Below, piece after piece: positions 21,901-32,243 of a stretch of 64,000 bases of DNA. Source of the DNA: Sedimentisphaerales bacterium (lineage in GTDB: Bacteria > Planctomycetota > Phycisphaerae > Sedimentisphaerales > SM23-30); assembly GCA_963663805.2 (NCBI GenBank), contig CAXXMR010000019.1, positions 96,001-160,000 on the forward strand. The letters are read 5' to 3'. Positions within the stretch are counted from its first letter, which is position 1, and every line of letters starts with the position of its first letter. The position numbers were made by a program, and so were the translations under genes. The notes under the pieces were generated by a model. The model was not told where the DNA came from. It saw nothing but the letters and a program-made list of their open reading frames with translations, and did no database searches.

Positions 21901-23381
21901 GTGGGCCGGACAGCTTTATTATTACGCTGTTTAAGGAACTGATGGTGCGAACTGACGGGGCGGGTGATGAGATTCGCAAGCCGGCGTTGGTATTGGAGAT
22001 TGATGAGCATAGTGCGGACGCGGGCGTGGTGACTCGGCTGGAAGCGTTCCATGAAAGTTTGAAGTCGGTTGAAGGTCGTCTGAAAAAAGCTGACAGTGGT
22101 AAGCGGGCAGTTCAGGATGAGGGCAGTCCGTGGAAGTGTGACTGGACTGATTGCAGTAATCGTACTCTTTATGTGCCGTGGATGGGTGACCAGGCTTATG
22201 GGGTGGCGGCGGCATTTCGTCATTGCGGTCAGAAGGCCCAGGTACTGCCGGTGGGCGACGAGGAGTCATTGCGTTGGGGTCGTCAGTACACGACGGGTAA
22301 GGAATGTCTGCCTTGTATTATTACGACGGGTGATATGCTGAAGGTCGTTAAGGCGGAAGGTTTTGATGCTGACAAGGCGGCGTTTTTCATGCCGGGCAGC
22401 AGTGGTCCTTGCCGGTTTGGTCAATATAGTTGTTTGCAGAGGCTGGTATTGAAGCAGGTGGGGATGCCGCAGTCGCTACCGGTGATTTCGCCCAACCAGG
22501 ACAGTAATTTCTATCAAACCTTCAAGCGGTTCGGGAAGGATCCGACTCGACTGGCGTTTGATGGTATCGCGGCGATAGATTTGCTTTATAAGATTCTGCT
22601 GAAAGTTCGGCCTTACGAAATAAGTAAGGGACAGGCAGATAAGGTTTATGAAGAATCGCTGCGGCGGGTGGAGCAGGAGATTGAGCGGGGGATAAGTGAA
22701 CGGGAGCTGGCGGGTGTATTGGGGGAATGTGCGCGTCGGTTTAAGGCGATAGAAGTTGAGGTGGGGACCAGGCGGCCTCTGGTGAGTGTGGTGGGTGAAA
22801 TTTATGTTCGTAGTCACCGGATGGCCAATGATAATATCGTGCGTAAGCTGGAGGCTTTGGGTGCTGAAGTTAATCTGGCGTCTTTGAGTGAGTGGTTGTA
22901 TTACACGAACTTTACGCGGATGGAGATGGCTAAGCGTTGGCGGAGTCTGGGGTTGTTTGGTCAGAATTATCTGAAGAATTCGGTGCAGCGTCAGATTGAG
23001 CGGCGGTTGTCGGCGGTTGTGGAGAAATATTATCCGGGTTTGCAGGAGCGGCCTGTTAAGGAAGTGATTGCCGAGGCTGAGCCTTATATGCACGTTTCTT
23101 TTGAGGGTGAGGCGATTTTGAGTATTGGCAAGATTATGGAGATGTGGCGTTGTCACGGGGCGGCGGGCGGTGTTAATGTTATGCCGTTTAGTTGTATGCC
23201 TTCGACGGTGGTCAGTTCGATTACGCGGCAGATGTCTGAGGATGCGGGCGGGTTGCCGATAATCAGTATTAATTATGACGGCCAGCAGGATCCGACTTTG
23301 CAGACTCGGTTGGAAGCGTTTATACATCAGGTTCAGGGATTTGCTCAGCAGCAGTCGAGCGCTCCGGCGGCGGTTCATTGA
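18936..23381 (+). CDS. acyl-CoA dehydratase activase fusion (two BcrA/BadF-type ASKHA ATPase domains, DUF2229, 2-hydroxyacyl-CoA dehydratase-like region)
   Basis: Two GID(I/V)GS..E(M/I)GGQDSK..CAAGTGSF..RC(S/T)VF units, followed by CFPIKVAHGH, SNFSCGPDSF, DEHSADAG, GPCRFGQY and PFSCMP. Confidence 0.92.
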   Translation: MTRIDGSELLRSAGFEGLGLELPGEGVLHLGIDIGSVSCKLALLDDNFRVHYACYQRTQGRPLVTAQKLLGALFNEIPADRIGTIVGTGSAGRSLCELLGIDFVNELICQAAAIRHLHPEVRTLIEMGGQDSKVVFLSDPSEPGDDTRDMVDFSVNTNCAAGTGSFLDQQASRLGVSIEGEFGDLALQSEVPPRVAGRCSVFAKSDMIHLQQVATPVHDIVAGLCLGLARNLKSSLCQGKEVIRPIGFCGGVASNAGVIRALEEVFELGQGGLIVPRQHAVTGAIGAVLIQLKQGAGQGSMQEPRVLMSRLDDFLGEDHAVGYRLKPLGRPSIDAPASKVHDDVVAKARARGVKIPAYLGIDVGSISTNVVVMDAEQQVLSKAYLMTASRPLEAVRQGLDMVGKEVADVVEIVGAATTGSGRYLTGDFVGADLVINEITAQANGAAIVDSEVDTIFEIGGQDSKYISLDHGVVVDFEMNHACAAGTGSFIEEQAERLDISIKGEFAAEAFKSDAPIRLGERCTVFMESDLLSYQQQGAERPDLVAGLSYSIVTNYLNRVVAHRKIGRKIFFQGGTAFNRAVVAAFETVTGKPIVVPDHHEVTGALGAAELARRHMVALREGNGHGLESKFRGFDLSQLEYEIRSFECEKCSNNCEIKEVKMPGSDPLFYGSRCDIYNVKKDDKKGADLPDLFRERQELLESFGGLRGGEKQGSFKKGKTVGIPMCLSNYQFLPLWSTFFQKLGYEVVSSGRSSKKVIREGVEAVLSQMCFPIKVAHGHVLELVHKEVDFIWLPSIVSMAADFKENKHNQLCPYVQTIPYQIRVALAAKGIELKGERNHLLDIHVRFQEGEKVLLRTLCALVDKLGVSKAEIKSALASGLAAQKGFEDACRARGREVLDNLGTGKKACVLVSRPYNGCDPGISLDLPRKLRKMDVLALPMDFLDFREANITEPELQELMYWKYGQRIMRAAHIIRDDARLYAIYVSNFSCGPDSFIITLFKELMVRTDGAGDEIRKPALVLEIDEHSADAGVVTRLEAFHESLKSVEGRLKKADSGKRAVQDEGSPWKCDWTDCSNRTLYVPWMGDQAYGVAAAFRHCGQKAQVLPVGDEESLRWGRQYTTGKECLPCIITTGDMLKVVKAEGFDADKAAFFMPGSSGPCRFGQYSCLQRLVLKQVGMPQSLPVISPNQDSNFYQTFKRFGKDPTRLAFDGIAAIDLLYKILLKVRPYEISKGQADKVYEESLRRVEQEIERGISERELAGVLGECARRFKAIEVEVGTRRPLVSVVGEIYVRSHRMANDNIVRKLEALGAEVNLASLSEWLYYTNFTRMEMAKRWRSLGLFGQNYLKNSVQRQIERRLSAVVEKYYPGLQERPVKEVIAEAEPYMHVSFEGEAILSIGKIMEMWRCHGAAGGVNVMPFSCMPSTVVSSITRQMSEDAGGLPIISINYDGQQDPTLQTRLEAFIHQVQGFAQQQSSAPAAVH

Positions 23382-23389
23382 GGTCGGCG

Positions 23390-23977
23390 ATGGTTCGGAA
23401 GCTGATACTTGCTTCGGGTTCGCCGCGTCGGGCGGATTTGATGCGGGCGGCGGGCTATGATTTTGAGATAGTGCGTTGTCCGCTGGCAGAGCCTTCGCTG
23501 GATGGCGGTCTGGCTGAGCAGGGTTTGACGGCTGGTGAGTGGGCGGAGTCTTTGGCGTTGTTCAAGGCGGCGGCGGTGGCGCAGGATTATCCTGACGCAC
23601 TGGTTGTGGGAGCTGATACTATTGTGGTGCACGGCGAGACGGTTTTGGGTAAGGCGGCGGCTGAGGCTGAGGCGCGGCGGATACTTAGTAACATGTTCGC
23701 GGGTGAGAATCTGGCAATCACGGGGGTGGCGGTTTTGGGTGAAGCGGCTGAAGTGCGGGTGGTTGAGCATGTGGTGACTCGGCTGGTGATGCGGGCGATG
23801 AGCGGGCGTGAACTGGACGATTATCTAGCGAGCGGGGCGTGGCGTGATAAGGCGGGTGCTTATGCTTTGCAGGAGGGGGGCGATAAGTTTGTGGCGCTGA
23901 TGGAAGGCAGTGAAAGCAATGTGGTGGGTTTGCCGATGGAGAGGCTGGGGGAGATTCTGGGAGGTTTGGGATACTGA
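23390..23977 (+). CDS. maf: Maf family nucleotide pyrophosphatase
   Basis: LILASGSPRR, GADTIV, DKAGAYALQ, SNVVGLP. Confidence 0.95.
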   Translation: MVRKLILASGSPRRADLMRAAGYDFEIVRCPLAEPSLDGGLAEQGLTAGEWAESLALFKAAAVAQDYPDALVVGADTIVVHGETVLGKAAAEAEARRILSNMFAGENLAITGVAVLGEAAEVRVVEHVVTRLVMRAMSGRELDDYLASGAWRDKAGAYALQEGGDKFVALMEGSESNVVGLPMERLGEILGGLGY

Positions 23978-24453
23978 TGGTTCAACGTTTATTTTTTTGC
24001 TTTGCTTGCGGGGTGATGCTGATGGGGCTGGGCTCGTGCGGTGAAAGCGAAGTGCCGGAGCGGGTGGTGGTTTCGGTGGATGGTCAGGATTTTCAGGTGG
24101 AGTTGGCGTATACGCGGGCGAAGCGAGGGCAGGGTTTGATGTATCGGGGGAAGCTGGGAGCGGATGAGGGGATGCTTTTTTTGTTTGCGGATGAGGGGCA
24201 GCGTAGTTTTTATATGAAGAACTGCTGGATTGATTTAGACGCTCTGTTTATTCGGGCGGATGGTACGATTGCTAATATTCATACGATGCGGGTGCCGAAA
24301 GAGGGACAGGAGACGGGGTATTATGACAGTGACGGGCCGGTGAAGTATGTACTGGAGGTGCGGGCGGGTACGGCGAAGAAGTTGGGGATTAGGGCGGAGG
24401 CTAAGGTTGTGATTCCGAAGGTGGTGGGGCGGTTGATGGTTGAAGGGGATTAG
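23977..24453 (+). CDS. DUF192 domain lipoprotein
   Basis: LGSC lipobox; VELA..RGQGLMYR..GMLF..FYMKN..LD..YVLEV. Confidence 0.9.
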   Translation: MVQRLFFCFACGVMLMGLGSCGESEVPERVVVSVDGQDFQVELAYTRAKRGQGLMYRGKLGADEGMLFLFADEGQRSFYMKNCWIDLDALFIRADGTIANIHTMRVPKEGQETGYYDSDGPVKYVLEVRAGTAKKLGIRAEAKVVIPKVVGRLMVEGD

Positions 24454-24580
24454 GTGCGTATCGCACCGATAGATCGCCGCGGTCGTTTGGCGTATTTGGC
24501 GTTTCCGTTGGTCGCTTACTTGGTTGGCAATTACCTTTTGCGTTTTTGCGAGAGCTTTGGTTTGGGGATTGGGGTAAGGT

Positions 24581-25285
24581 TTAGTTTGTGAATCGGAATC
24601 GGATGATGGTGAAGAGTGCCTGTAGGCCGTCTTTCCAGCCGATTTTTTTGCCTTCGGCGTAGGTACGGCCATTGTAGGAGATACCGACTTCGTAGATTCT
24701 CCAGCCGGCTTTGGCGACTTTGGCGGTGATTTCGGGTTCGACTCCGAACCGGTCGCTCTTGATGTTAATTCTTTCGATGACGGGTCGGCGGAAGACTTTG
24801 TAGCAGGTTTCCATGTCGGTGAGGTTAAGGTTGGTACACATATTACTGAGGAGAGTAAGGAATTTGTTGCCGATCATGTGCCAGAAGAACAGCACGCGTT
24901 TTTCGGCTGAGCCGATGAATCTGGAACCGTAGACGACGTCGGCTCGTCCGTCGAGTATTGGTTTTAGCAGTCGGTGGTAGTCGTTGGGGTCGTATTCGAG
25001 GTCGGCGTCCTGGACCAGGGCGATGTCGCCAGTGACGGCTGCGAAGCCGCTGCGAAGGGCGGCCCCTTTTCCCTGATTGTTCAGGTGGTGGATGGCCTGG
25101 AAGGAGGCATCGGGATGGTCGGCGACGATTTGGTCGATGACCTTTTCGGAACCGTCGGTGCTGGCGTCGTTTACGATGATGATTTCCTTGGCGAGGGGCA
25201 GTTCGACGGCGAGGACGCGTTTGACGATTTCGGCGAGGGTGTTTTGTTCATTGTAGACGGGAATGATGATTGATATTTTTTCCAT
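24581..25285 (-). CDS. glycosyltransferase family 2 (polyprenol-phosphate mannosyltransferase-like)
   Basis: IIPVYNE, NQGKGAAL, QDADLEYDP, VYGSRF, TDMETCYK, GKKIGWKDG. Confidence 0.93.
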   Translation of the reverse strand: MEKISIIIPVYNEQNTLAEIVKRVLAVELPLAKEIIIVNDASTDGSEKVIDQIVADHPDASFQAIHHLNNQGKGAALRSGFAAVTGDIALVQDADLEYDPNDYHRLLKPILDGRADVVYGSRFIGSAEKRVLFFWHMIGNKFLTLLSNMCTNLNLTDMETCYKVFRRPVIERINIKSDRFGVEPEITAKVAKAGWRIYEVGISYNGRTYAEGKKIGWKDGLQALFTIIRFRFTN

Positions 25286-25492
25286 GGGTGTATATTAGTG
25301 TATTTGGGGCGGGTGGCAAGGTTTTTTTGGAGGTGGTGGGCTTCCAATAACTTCAACGGCGTGGTGCCGTCTTGGGCGGGATTGTTCTTAGGGTGCTAAA
25401 GGTTTGAAAGGCAGAATAGACATTTTGGGCTTGATGGACAGGGTGGATTTTTTGCTGGATTTTTGAGTGGGAATTGTCTATTCTTCGAGGCT

Positions 25493-26770
25493 ATGATAGA
25501 TATAAAAGACTTACGCGAAAATCCGGATATTTACAGAACTGCTGTCCAGGCAAAGGGTTCCAGAGTTGACGTTGAGAAGCTGATACGTCTGGAGGCCCAG
25601 CTTCGGCAGGCGAAAACCGAGCTTCAGGAGCTGGTAACTGAGAAGAATCAGGCCAGTAAAGCCATTGCCCAGCTAAAAGACGCTGCTGAGCGTCAGCAGG
25701 CGATAGGTCGGGTGGGCGAACTGAAGGAAAAGGAAAAGGAGCTCAGTGGAGAAGTCGCTGAGCTGGAGCCGGCGGTTGAAGAGCTTATGCTGCTGATGCC
25801 TCAACCGGCGCACCCTGACAGCCCTGTTGCCCCTGACGAGTCGGGTAATGTTGAGGTTCGGAGGTGGGGGCAGGTGCGTGAGTTTGATTTTGAGGTTAAG
25901 GACCATGTGTCGCTGGGGCTTGATCTGGGTATTGTTGACCTGGAGCGGGGGGTAAAGCTGAGCGGGGCGCGGAATTATGTCCTGCGTGGGGCGGGGTGTC
26001 TTTTGCATCAGGCGGTTTTGCGGCTGGCGCATGATACGCTGGTGGCTAAGGGTTATGAACCTTTGACGGTGCCGGTTTTGACGCGGGAAGCTACTTTTAT
26101 GGGGACGGGCTGGTTCCCGGAAGGCAAGCCGCAGGTTTATCAGGTGCCGGAAGACGAGCTGTTTCTGGTAGGGACGGCGGAAGTTCCGGCGACTTCGTTT
26201 TATATGGATGAGATTCTGGATGAAGCGATGCTGCCGCAGAAGTTTGTGGCTCAGTCGCTGTGTTTCCGGCGGGAAGCTGGGGCGGCGGGTAAGGATACGC
26301 ACGGTCTTTACCGGATTCATCAGTTTGAGAAGGTGGAGCAGGTGATTGTATTGCCGGCGGATAAGGCACTGTCGGAAAAGTTTCATCAGGAGATTACCAA
26401 TAACGCTGAGGAAGTCTTGCAGCAGCTGAATCTGCCGCATCGGGTCATTGAAATTTGTACGGGCGATATGGGGACTGGTAAGTATCGGATGTATGATATT
26501 GAGACGTGGATGCCTTCACGGGGCGGGTATTGCGAGACGCATTCATCGAGTAATCTGCTGGATTTCCAGTCCCGGCGGCTTAATCTGCGTTATCGGGATG
26601 CTCAGGGCAAGGTGCGGTACTGCTATACGATGAACAATACAGTGGTCGCTTCGCCGCGGATTCTGATTGCTCTGATGGAGCTGAACCAGAACGCCGACGG
26701 CAGTATCAATGTACCGGAAGCTCTTCGCCCCTATATGATGGGAATGGAACAGATTATTAAGAAGGCATAA
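25493..26770 (+). CDS. serS: serine--tRNA ligase
   Basis: LVGTAEV, CFRREAG, GLYRIHQFEKVEQ, YDIETWMP, ETHSSSN, DFQSRRL. Confidence 0.97.
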   Translation: MIDIKDLRENPDIYRTAVQAKGSRVDVEKLIRLEAQLRQAKTELQELVTEKNQASKAIAQLKDAAERQQAIGRVGELKEKEKELSGEVAELEPAVEELMLLMPQPAHPDSPVAPDESGNVEVRRWGQVREFDFEVKDHVSLGLDLGIVDLERGVKLSGARNYVLRGAGCLLHQAVLRLAHDTLVAKGYEPLTVPVLTREATFMGTGWFPEGKPQVYQVPEDELFLVGTAEVPATSFYMDEILDEAMLPQKFVAQSLCFRREAGAAGKDTHGLYRIHQFEKVEQVIVLPADKALSEKFHQEITNNAEEVLQQLNLPHRVIEICTGDMGTGKYRMYDIETWMPSRGGYCETHSSSNLLDFQSRRLNLRYRDAQGKVRYCYTMNNTVVASPRILIALMELNQNADGSINVPEALRPYMMGMEQIIKKA

Positions 26771-26780
26771 GTGGAACGGC

Positions 26781-26806
26781 ACCACTTACTTACGTGCGTG
26801 GCTCCG
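26781..26806. repeat. single REP-like imperfect palindrome between serS and aroF
   Basis: ACCACTTACTTACGTGCGTGGCTCC forms a CCAC..GTGG hairpin; only one copy was seen in the window. Confidence 0.35.
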
Positions 26807-26830
26807 ATGATAGAATTGTGAGGTTTTGAG

Positions 26831-27850
26831 ATGATAGTTGTAATGACGCCGAGCTTTACGGAGAGTCAGCTGGAACATGTGGTGCAACTGGTTGAGGAGA
26901 TGGGGCTGACGAGTCATATAATTCGTGGTACCGACCGCACGGTTGTGGCGGCGGTTGGTGATAAACGGATGGTTGACAAGGGTGCGTTGGAGAATGCCGA
27001 GGGGGTGGAAAAGATCGTACCGATTCTTTCGCCTTTTAAGGTTGCCAGTAAGGAAGTCAAACAGGAAAAGACTGTCATTCATTTGCAGCCCAACGGCCCG
27101 GCGGTGGGCGGTAAGCGTTTGGGGGTTATCGCGGGGCCTTGTTCGGTGGAGGACCGGGCGCAGTTATTGGATGTGGCGGCTGCGATTAAAGAGGCTGGTG
27201 CGATTGGTTTGCGGGGTGGGGCGTTCAAGCCTCGGACCAGCCCGTATAGTTTTCAGGGTCTGGCGGAGAAGGGTCTGGAATATCTGTCCGAAGCGCGGGA
27301 GCGTACGGGTCTGGCGGTGGTGACGGAAGTTTTGACGGTTACGCATGTTGATTTGGTGGCTAAGTATGCTGATGTTTTGCAGGTGGGGGCGCGGAATATG
27401 CAGAACTTCATGCTGCTCAAGGCCGTAGGCGAACAGCCCAAGCCCGTGCTGCTGAAACGCGGAATGAGCGCGACGATGGAAGAATTTTTGTTGGCGGCGG
27501 AATATATTATCGCCGCGGGTAATAAGAACGTGATTTTGTGTGAACGCGGGATTCGTACCTTCGAGGAATATTGCCGGAACACATTCTCATTGAATTTGAT
27601 ACCGGCGATTCAGCGGGTCAGTCATCTGCCGATTATGGCGGACCCGACCCATGCCACCGGTCATGCTTATATGGTCGAGCCGATGAGCAAGGCGGCGATC
27701 GCGGCGGGTGCTGATGGTCTTTTAATAGAAGTCCATGCCGACCCGGAACATGCCTTTACCGACGCGGCCCAGCAGATAAGGCCGGAGCAGTTCGCCGAAC
27801 TAATGCACAAATGCCGTCGAGTCGCGACAGCGGTTGACAGGGAATTATAA
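26831..27850 (+). CDS. aroF: 3-deoxy-7-phosphoheptulonate synthase, class I-beta with N-terminal ferredoxin-like regulatory domain
   Basis: [47 protein letters not shown]. Confidence 0.96.
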   Translation: MIVVMTPSFTESQLEHVVQLVEEMGLTSHIIRGTDRTVVAAVGDKRMVDKGALENAEGVEKIVPILSPFKVASKEVKQEKTVIHLQPNGPAVGGKRLGVIAGPCSVEDRAQLLDVAAAIKEAGAIGLRGGAFKPRTSPYSFQGLAEKGLEYLSEARERTGLAVVTEVLTVTHVDLVAKYADVLQVGARNMQNFMLLKAVGEQPKPVLLKRGMSATMEEFLLAAEYIIAAGNKNVILCERGIRTFEEYCRNTFSLNLIPAIQRVSHLPIMADPTHATGHAYMVEPMSKAAIAAGADGLLIEVHADPEHAFTDAAQQIRPEQFAELMHKCRRVATAVDREL

Positions 27851-30395
27851 GGTTTTGGCTCGGTCGGCGTCTTACTATCAACAGTTTGACTCCGATTCAC
27901 TGGCAGCAGACTGGCTGATTCGTGCCGGGCCGGTCCCGGCGCTGGCGGGGGCAGTGGCAGCGGGGATAATAATCAGTCGATATGAAGTGATGGGGGCGTG
28001 GGGTTTTGGTCTGATTTGTTTGGGTGCTTTGGCGACGGCATTGTTATTTCGTGGGCGGGGCGTTAAGGAAATCTGGTTCTGGTTTTTTCTGCTGACGGCC
28101 TGGGCGGCGCTGGGGGCGTTGCGGTATCAGCAGGTCTATAATAATTATCCGGTAAATCATATTGCCCGACTGGCTGGTGCCGAGCCGCGTCTGGCGACTA
28201 TCGAAGGGGTGATTATAAGTGAGCCTTATATTTCGCAGTCACGAGGTGCGCTGGCAGCATTTGACCGGATGCATCAGCCGCTGACGATTTTTACGTTGGA
28301 AGCAAGGCGGGCCCTGACGTGTGATGGGTTCGCGGAGATTTGCGGGGTTACTCAGGTGGTGATAGCTGAGCCGGCCTTGAATTTGGGGCAGGGTCAGCGG
28401 GTGCGGCTGGATTGCTGGCTGGTGCGGTACGGCGGGGTAAAAAATCCGGGGCAGTTTGATTATGAGGATACCCGCCGGGCCCAGAAGAATCTGACAACCT
28501 GTCGGGTAGAAAATTCCGAGGCGATTGAGATACTTTCGGGGGCGGGTTTGTCTCTGTTTGAGCGGGTGCGTAATTCGCTGCGGTATTATGCCGGTGAAGC
28601 TTTACGGGATGAGTATGGTTCGCAACGGGAAATGAGCGACACCGAAGCGTTTCTGGGGGCTTTGGTGCTGGGGCAGCGTTATGGTTTGCCGGAAGAACTA
28701 AACGAGAAATTTGTCAAGACCGGCACGATACATTTTTTGAGTGTATCGGGTTTGCACGTGGGGATTCTGGTGTGGTTTGTTTTGGCTTTGTGTCGGCTGG
28801 GGCGGGTGCAGCACCGAAACGAAGCGTTGCTGGTGCTGGCGACGCTGGCGGTTTATCTGCTAATAGTTCCGCCGCGGGCTCCGGTATTGCGGGCGAGTAT
28901 AATGGCGGTGGTGTTCTGTTTGTTTCTTTTGAGTCGGTATCCGTGGTCCGGTCCGGGCGGGGTGACGCAGCTGGCGGTGGCGGCGGTGGTTCTGCTTTTA
29001 GGGCGGCCGCTCGATTTGTTTAACGCGGGGTTTCAGCTTTCGTTTGTGGTGGTGCTGGCTTTGCTGGTTTTTGTGGGGCCGTTCCTGCGGGGGCGGATTC
29101 ACTGGTCCACAACGGACCCGCTGGCGGATAAACTCGCCCAGGCGGCGCGGGAATATTACGACTCTGATTTGCCCTGGTATCGCTATGCCGGGAAAGTTTT
29201 ATTTGTGTGGGTTAAGGGGATTGTCGTGGTGGCTCTGGTAGCGTGGCTGGTGAGTATGCCGCTGACGGCTTATCATTTTCATCGGGTTTCGCTGGTGGCG
29301 GGATTGGGTTCGATTCTTCTGGCCCCGTTGATTTTCGTTACTTTGATAATGGCGTTTATTAAAATCATCGTGGGCGTGGTGCTGGGCAGCGGGATTGGTA
29401 TTCTGACCGGGGCGGTGGATGGTTTGGCAGGGGCCAATATTTTTGTTATTGATAAGCTGGCGGGGGTTCCGTTTGCTTCGATTAATACGGCGGCACCGTC
29501 GATATATTTCATTTGGGTTTATTACGCGATTCTGGCGAGTATGGCTTATACCATTATGCGGTGGGGCCGGGTTTATGTTTTGCAGGTTCGGGCGGCGGTT
29601 CTGGGGCTGATACTTTTCGCGGTGCTGCTGCCGATACGCGGGCACGAGAAAGGTACGCTGGAGGTTCATTGTCTGGCGGTGGGGCCGGGATTGGCGACGG
29701 TTGTCGAGATGCCGGATGGGAAGACGCTGGTATATGATGCGGGCAGTTTGATGAATTTCGATGTGGGCAATAAAATCATAGCACCGTTTATCCGACAGCG
29801 GGGGATTAACCGTATTGACGGGCTGTTTATTTCGCACGCTAATATCGATCACTATAACGGAGTGTTAGATTTAGCGGATTTAATTCCGGTTGATAAGGTT
29901 TATGTGACGGAATATTTCATAAGGGCCGGGGAATCGTCATCGGCGGTTAGATTTCTGCTGGAAGGTTTAGCGATACGAGGGATTGCGGTTGAGGCCATTG
30001 GTCGCGGTGCGGAGGTTATGGGAGACGTGGAGGTGCTTTGGCCGCGGGCGGGGTTGGAATATGGATGTGACGATAATGATACTTCGCTGGTGCTGCGGGT
30101 GGCGGAGAAGGTGCTGTTGACCGGTGATGTTGAACTTGCCGGGCAGGTAGAGTTGATGCGGGAGACGGCAGCGGATAAATTACGGGCGGAAGTTATGGTC
30201 CTGCCGCATCACGGCGCGACGCCGGATTCTCTGCGGGCCTTGCTGGCTAAGGTGAATGCTGATATTATGATTTGTTCGTCTGGTAAGCTCTCGGAGTCGC
30301 GGCAGGCGAAACTGGCTGAGATTATTCAGGGGACGCGGTTTTGGCATACGTACCGGGATGGTGCGGTTAGTTGTAAAGTGCAAATGCAAAAATAA
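27834..30395 (+). CDS. comEC: ComEC/Rec2 DNA-uptake competence protein
   Basis: [34 protein letters not shown], then an MBL domain ([26 protein letters not shown]). Confidence 0.95.
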   Translation: MTGNYKVLARSASYYQQFDSDSLAADWLIRAGPVPALAGAVAAGIIISRYEVMGAWGFGLICLGALATALLFRGRGVKEIWFWFFLLTAWAALGALRYQQVYNNYPVNHIARLAGAEPRLATIEGVIISEPYISQSRGALAAFDRMHQPLTIFTLEARRALTCDGFAEICGVTQVVIAEPALNLGQGQRVRLDCWLVRYGGVKNPGQFDYEDTRRAQKNLTTCRVENSEAIEILSGAGLSLFERVRNSLRYYAGEALRDEYGSQREMSDTEAFLGALVLGQRYGLPEELNEKFVKTGTIHFLSVSGLHVGILVWFVLALCRLGRVQHRNEALLVLATLAVYLLIVPPRAPVLRASIMAVVFCLFLLSRYPWSGPGGVTQLAVAAVVLLLGRPLDLFNAGFQLSFVVVLALLVFVGPFLRGRIHWSTTDPLADKLAQAAREYYDSDLPWYRYAGKVLFVWVKGIVVVALVAWLVSMPLTAYHFHRVSLVAGLGSILLAPLIFVTLIMAFIKIIVGVVLGSGIGILTGAVDGLAGANIFVIDKLAGVPFASINTAAPSIYFIWVYYAILASMAYTIMRWGRVYVLQVRAAVLGLILFAVLLPIRGHEKGTLEVHCLAVGPGLATVVEMPDGKTLVYDAGSLMNFDVGNKIIAPFIRQRGINRIDGLFISHANIDHYNGVLDLADLIPVDKVYVTEYFIRAGESSSAVRFLLEGLAIRGIAVEAIGRGAEVMGDVEVLWPRAGLEYGCDDNDTSLVLRVAEKVLLTGDVELAGQVELMRETAADKLRAEVMVLPHHGATPDSLRALLAKVNADIMICSSGKLSESRQAKLAEIIQGTRFWHTYRDGAVSCKVQMQK

Positions 30396-31638
30396 ATACA
30401 CAAGGGAGTAAATGTTATGCGAAATAATTATACGACACTCAGCCTGCTGTTGACATTGATTTTTTGCGGGGATTTATGGACTGGTCAGGAATCCGACGGT
30501 AAAGCCGCAACGGGTGAGCGGGTATACTGGGTAGGGAATTTTCTGGCTGATGAAGGATACTGGAATACGCATGTCTTGATGTCTGATTATATTTCGGATG
30601 AAGATAGAGAGTCGATAATTCAGCGATGTAAAGATCACGGTCTCAATCGAATTCATATTTATGGTGTTAATGACGACAACTATTCCGAAAGGCGCGGCGG
30701 TGATGTCTGGAAAGGTGTAGCCAATCGGGCCCTGGAATATGCTCCGGAAAAGTTTGACCATTGGTTTCACTGGTTTGTAATGTGCCGTCGGGCAGGCATG
30801 AATATTACTTTATGGCTGTGGCCCAACGATGCTCGCCAGACTTATAACCATGAAAAGGTCTGGGATGATGACCGGGTGGTCGCCAAGATGAAGGAGCTGA
30901 TAGATTTTTCACAGACGCCTTATAAATCGCCCGATGGAGAAAAAGATTTGCTGGTCGATGAACTGGTTTTGAAGTTGGAGGCGGACGATGAATGGAACTC
31001 GGACCGGATTAACCGGATAGCCCGCCGGGTGCGTCCGCTGCTAAAGCAGGGGCAGACTTTTTGGTATCACAATCAGATTATCGCAGATACCCGGGGAGTT
31101 GACTGGAGCCTCTTTGACGGGATTCGGATTCAAAGCGGCCATCGTCGCGGAATATGGGAAAGCGCAACCGGCGGCTGGAGTGAAGAAGGGTTACAATGTG
31201 CCATGCGTGAGATTATAGATGTCCTTCCCGATACATTGCAGATTTATTTTAGCGAGTTTACCTTTAATGGTTTTAAGGAGTCCAATCTGGGCGATGCACT
31301 ATTGCGTAATTTACCTAAAGAGTATCCGAACCGTATATGTGGTTCGGATAATGGCGGAGTTATGAGGTGATTGAAATTCTGTCCGGTGCATTTTTTATTG
31401 GGAGCTTGCCTGGCAGGTAGAGTTGATGCGGGAGACGGCGGCGGAGAAGTTGCGGGCGGAAGTTATGGTCCTGTCGCATCACGGCGCGACGCCGGATTCT
31501 TTGCGGGCCTTGCTGGCTAAGGTGAAGGCCGATACTTCGATTTGTTCATCGGGTAAGCTCTCGGAGGCGCGGCAGGCGAAACTGGCTGAGATTATTCAGG
31601 GGACGCGGTTTTGGCATACGTACCGGGATGGCGCAGTT
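30135..31638 (+). repeat. 234-bp direct repeat of the comEC 3' end (30135-30368 and 31405-31638)
   Basis: Manual alignment gives 17 mismatches, no indels and an offset of 1270 bp. Confidence 0.97.
30417..31370 (+). CDS. secreted hypothetical protein, possible TIM-barrel glycoside-hydrolase-like fold
   Basis: GGGAG RBS and signal-like N-terminus; GLNRIHIY, GMNITLWLW, LKLEADDEW, IRIQSGH and YFSEF follow a beta/alpha pattern. Confidence 0.55.
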   Translation: MRNNYTTLSLLLTLIFCGDLWTGQESDGKAATGERVYWVGNFLADEGYWNTHVLMSDYISDEDRESIIQRCKDHGLNRIHIYGVNDDNYSERRGGDVWKGVANRALEYAPEKFDHWFHWFVMCRRAGMNITLWLWPNDARQTYNHEKVWDDDRVVAKMKELIDFSQTPYKSPDGEKDLLVDELVLKLEADDEWNSDRINRIARRVRPLLKQGQTFWYHNQIIADTRGVDWSLFDGIRIQSGHRRGIWESATGGWSEEGLQCAMREIIDVLPDTLQIYFSEFTFNGFKESNLGDALLRNLPKEYPNRICGSDNGGVMR

Positions 31639-31671
31639 GGTGTTCGGGTTGATTTGTCGAGTTGGGAATAA
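31402..31671 (+). pseudogene. orphan comEC 3' fragment with an alternative C-terminus
   Basis: In-frame copy of the last ~80 ComEC codons with no 5' part; ends GAVGVRVDLSSWE* instead of [11 protein letters not shown]. Confidence 0.9.
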
Positions 31672-31712
31672 AAAATGATCAATGTACCGGATACGTTCCA
31701 GAGGAGTGCCTG

Positions 31713-32243
31713 ATGAAAAAGATCGTGATAATCGGCTGCTGCGGAGGGGGCAAGACTACCCTGGCATATACTCTTTCCCAAAAGCTGTCGATCGCGGCTT
31801 ATGATCTCGATGATTATTTCTGGCACGCCGGTTGGGTTGGCACTCCAGATGGCCGCTGGCAGCAGGTTCAGCGTGAACTTGTCGATCGAGACAGCTGGAT
31901 CATCAGCGGTACTTACGTTTCGACATTGGATATTCGCACCGCTGCCGCCGACACCATCATTTTCCTCGATTTACCGCTTTGGCTGTGTTTTTGGCGGGTG
32001 ATCAAACGCAAGGCAAAGAATTATTGCGGCCTGGAGCGAAATCTGCCCCGGAGGGTTCAGGGCAGCCATAAATTCGGCTTTAAAGCCATCCGAAGTGACC
32101 TTGGCTTCCTGTGGTATGTTTTGATGTTCAAGAAAAATTTGAATGCTCCCATCCGCACCGCATTAAAAAATATCAAGCCCGGCAAAAGAATCATCGAGCT
32201 GAGTTCCCCGCAAGCGGTCGCGGAATTTGCCGGCAGTATATAA
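31713..32243 (+). CDS. adenylate-kinase-like P-loop protein (FlaR / topology modulation protein family)
   Basis: GAGGAG RBS; MKKIVIIGCCGGGKTTLA, LDDYFW..GW, WIISGTY, ADTIIFLDLP..C.WRVIKR. Confidence 0.88.
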   Translation: MKKIVIIGCCGGGKTTLAYTLSQKLSIAAYDLDDYFWHAGWVGTPDGRWQQVQRELVDRDSWIISGTYVSTLDIRTAAADTIIFLDLPLWLCFWRVIKRKAKNYCGLERNLPRRVQGSHKFGFKAIRSDLGFLWYVLMFKKNLNAPIRTALKNIKPGKRIIELSSPQAVAEFAGSI

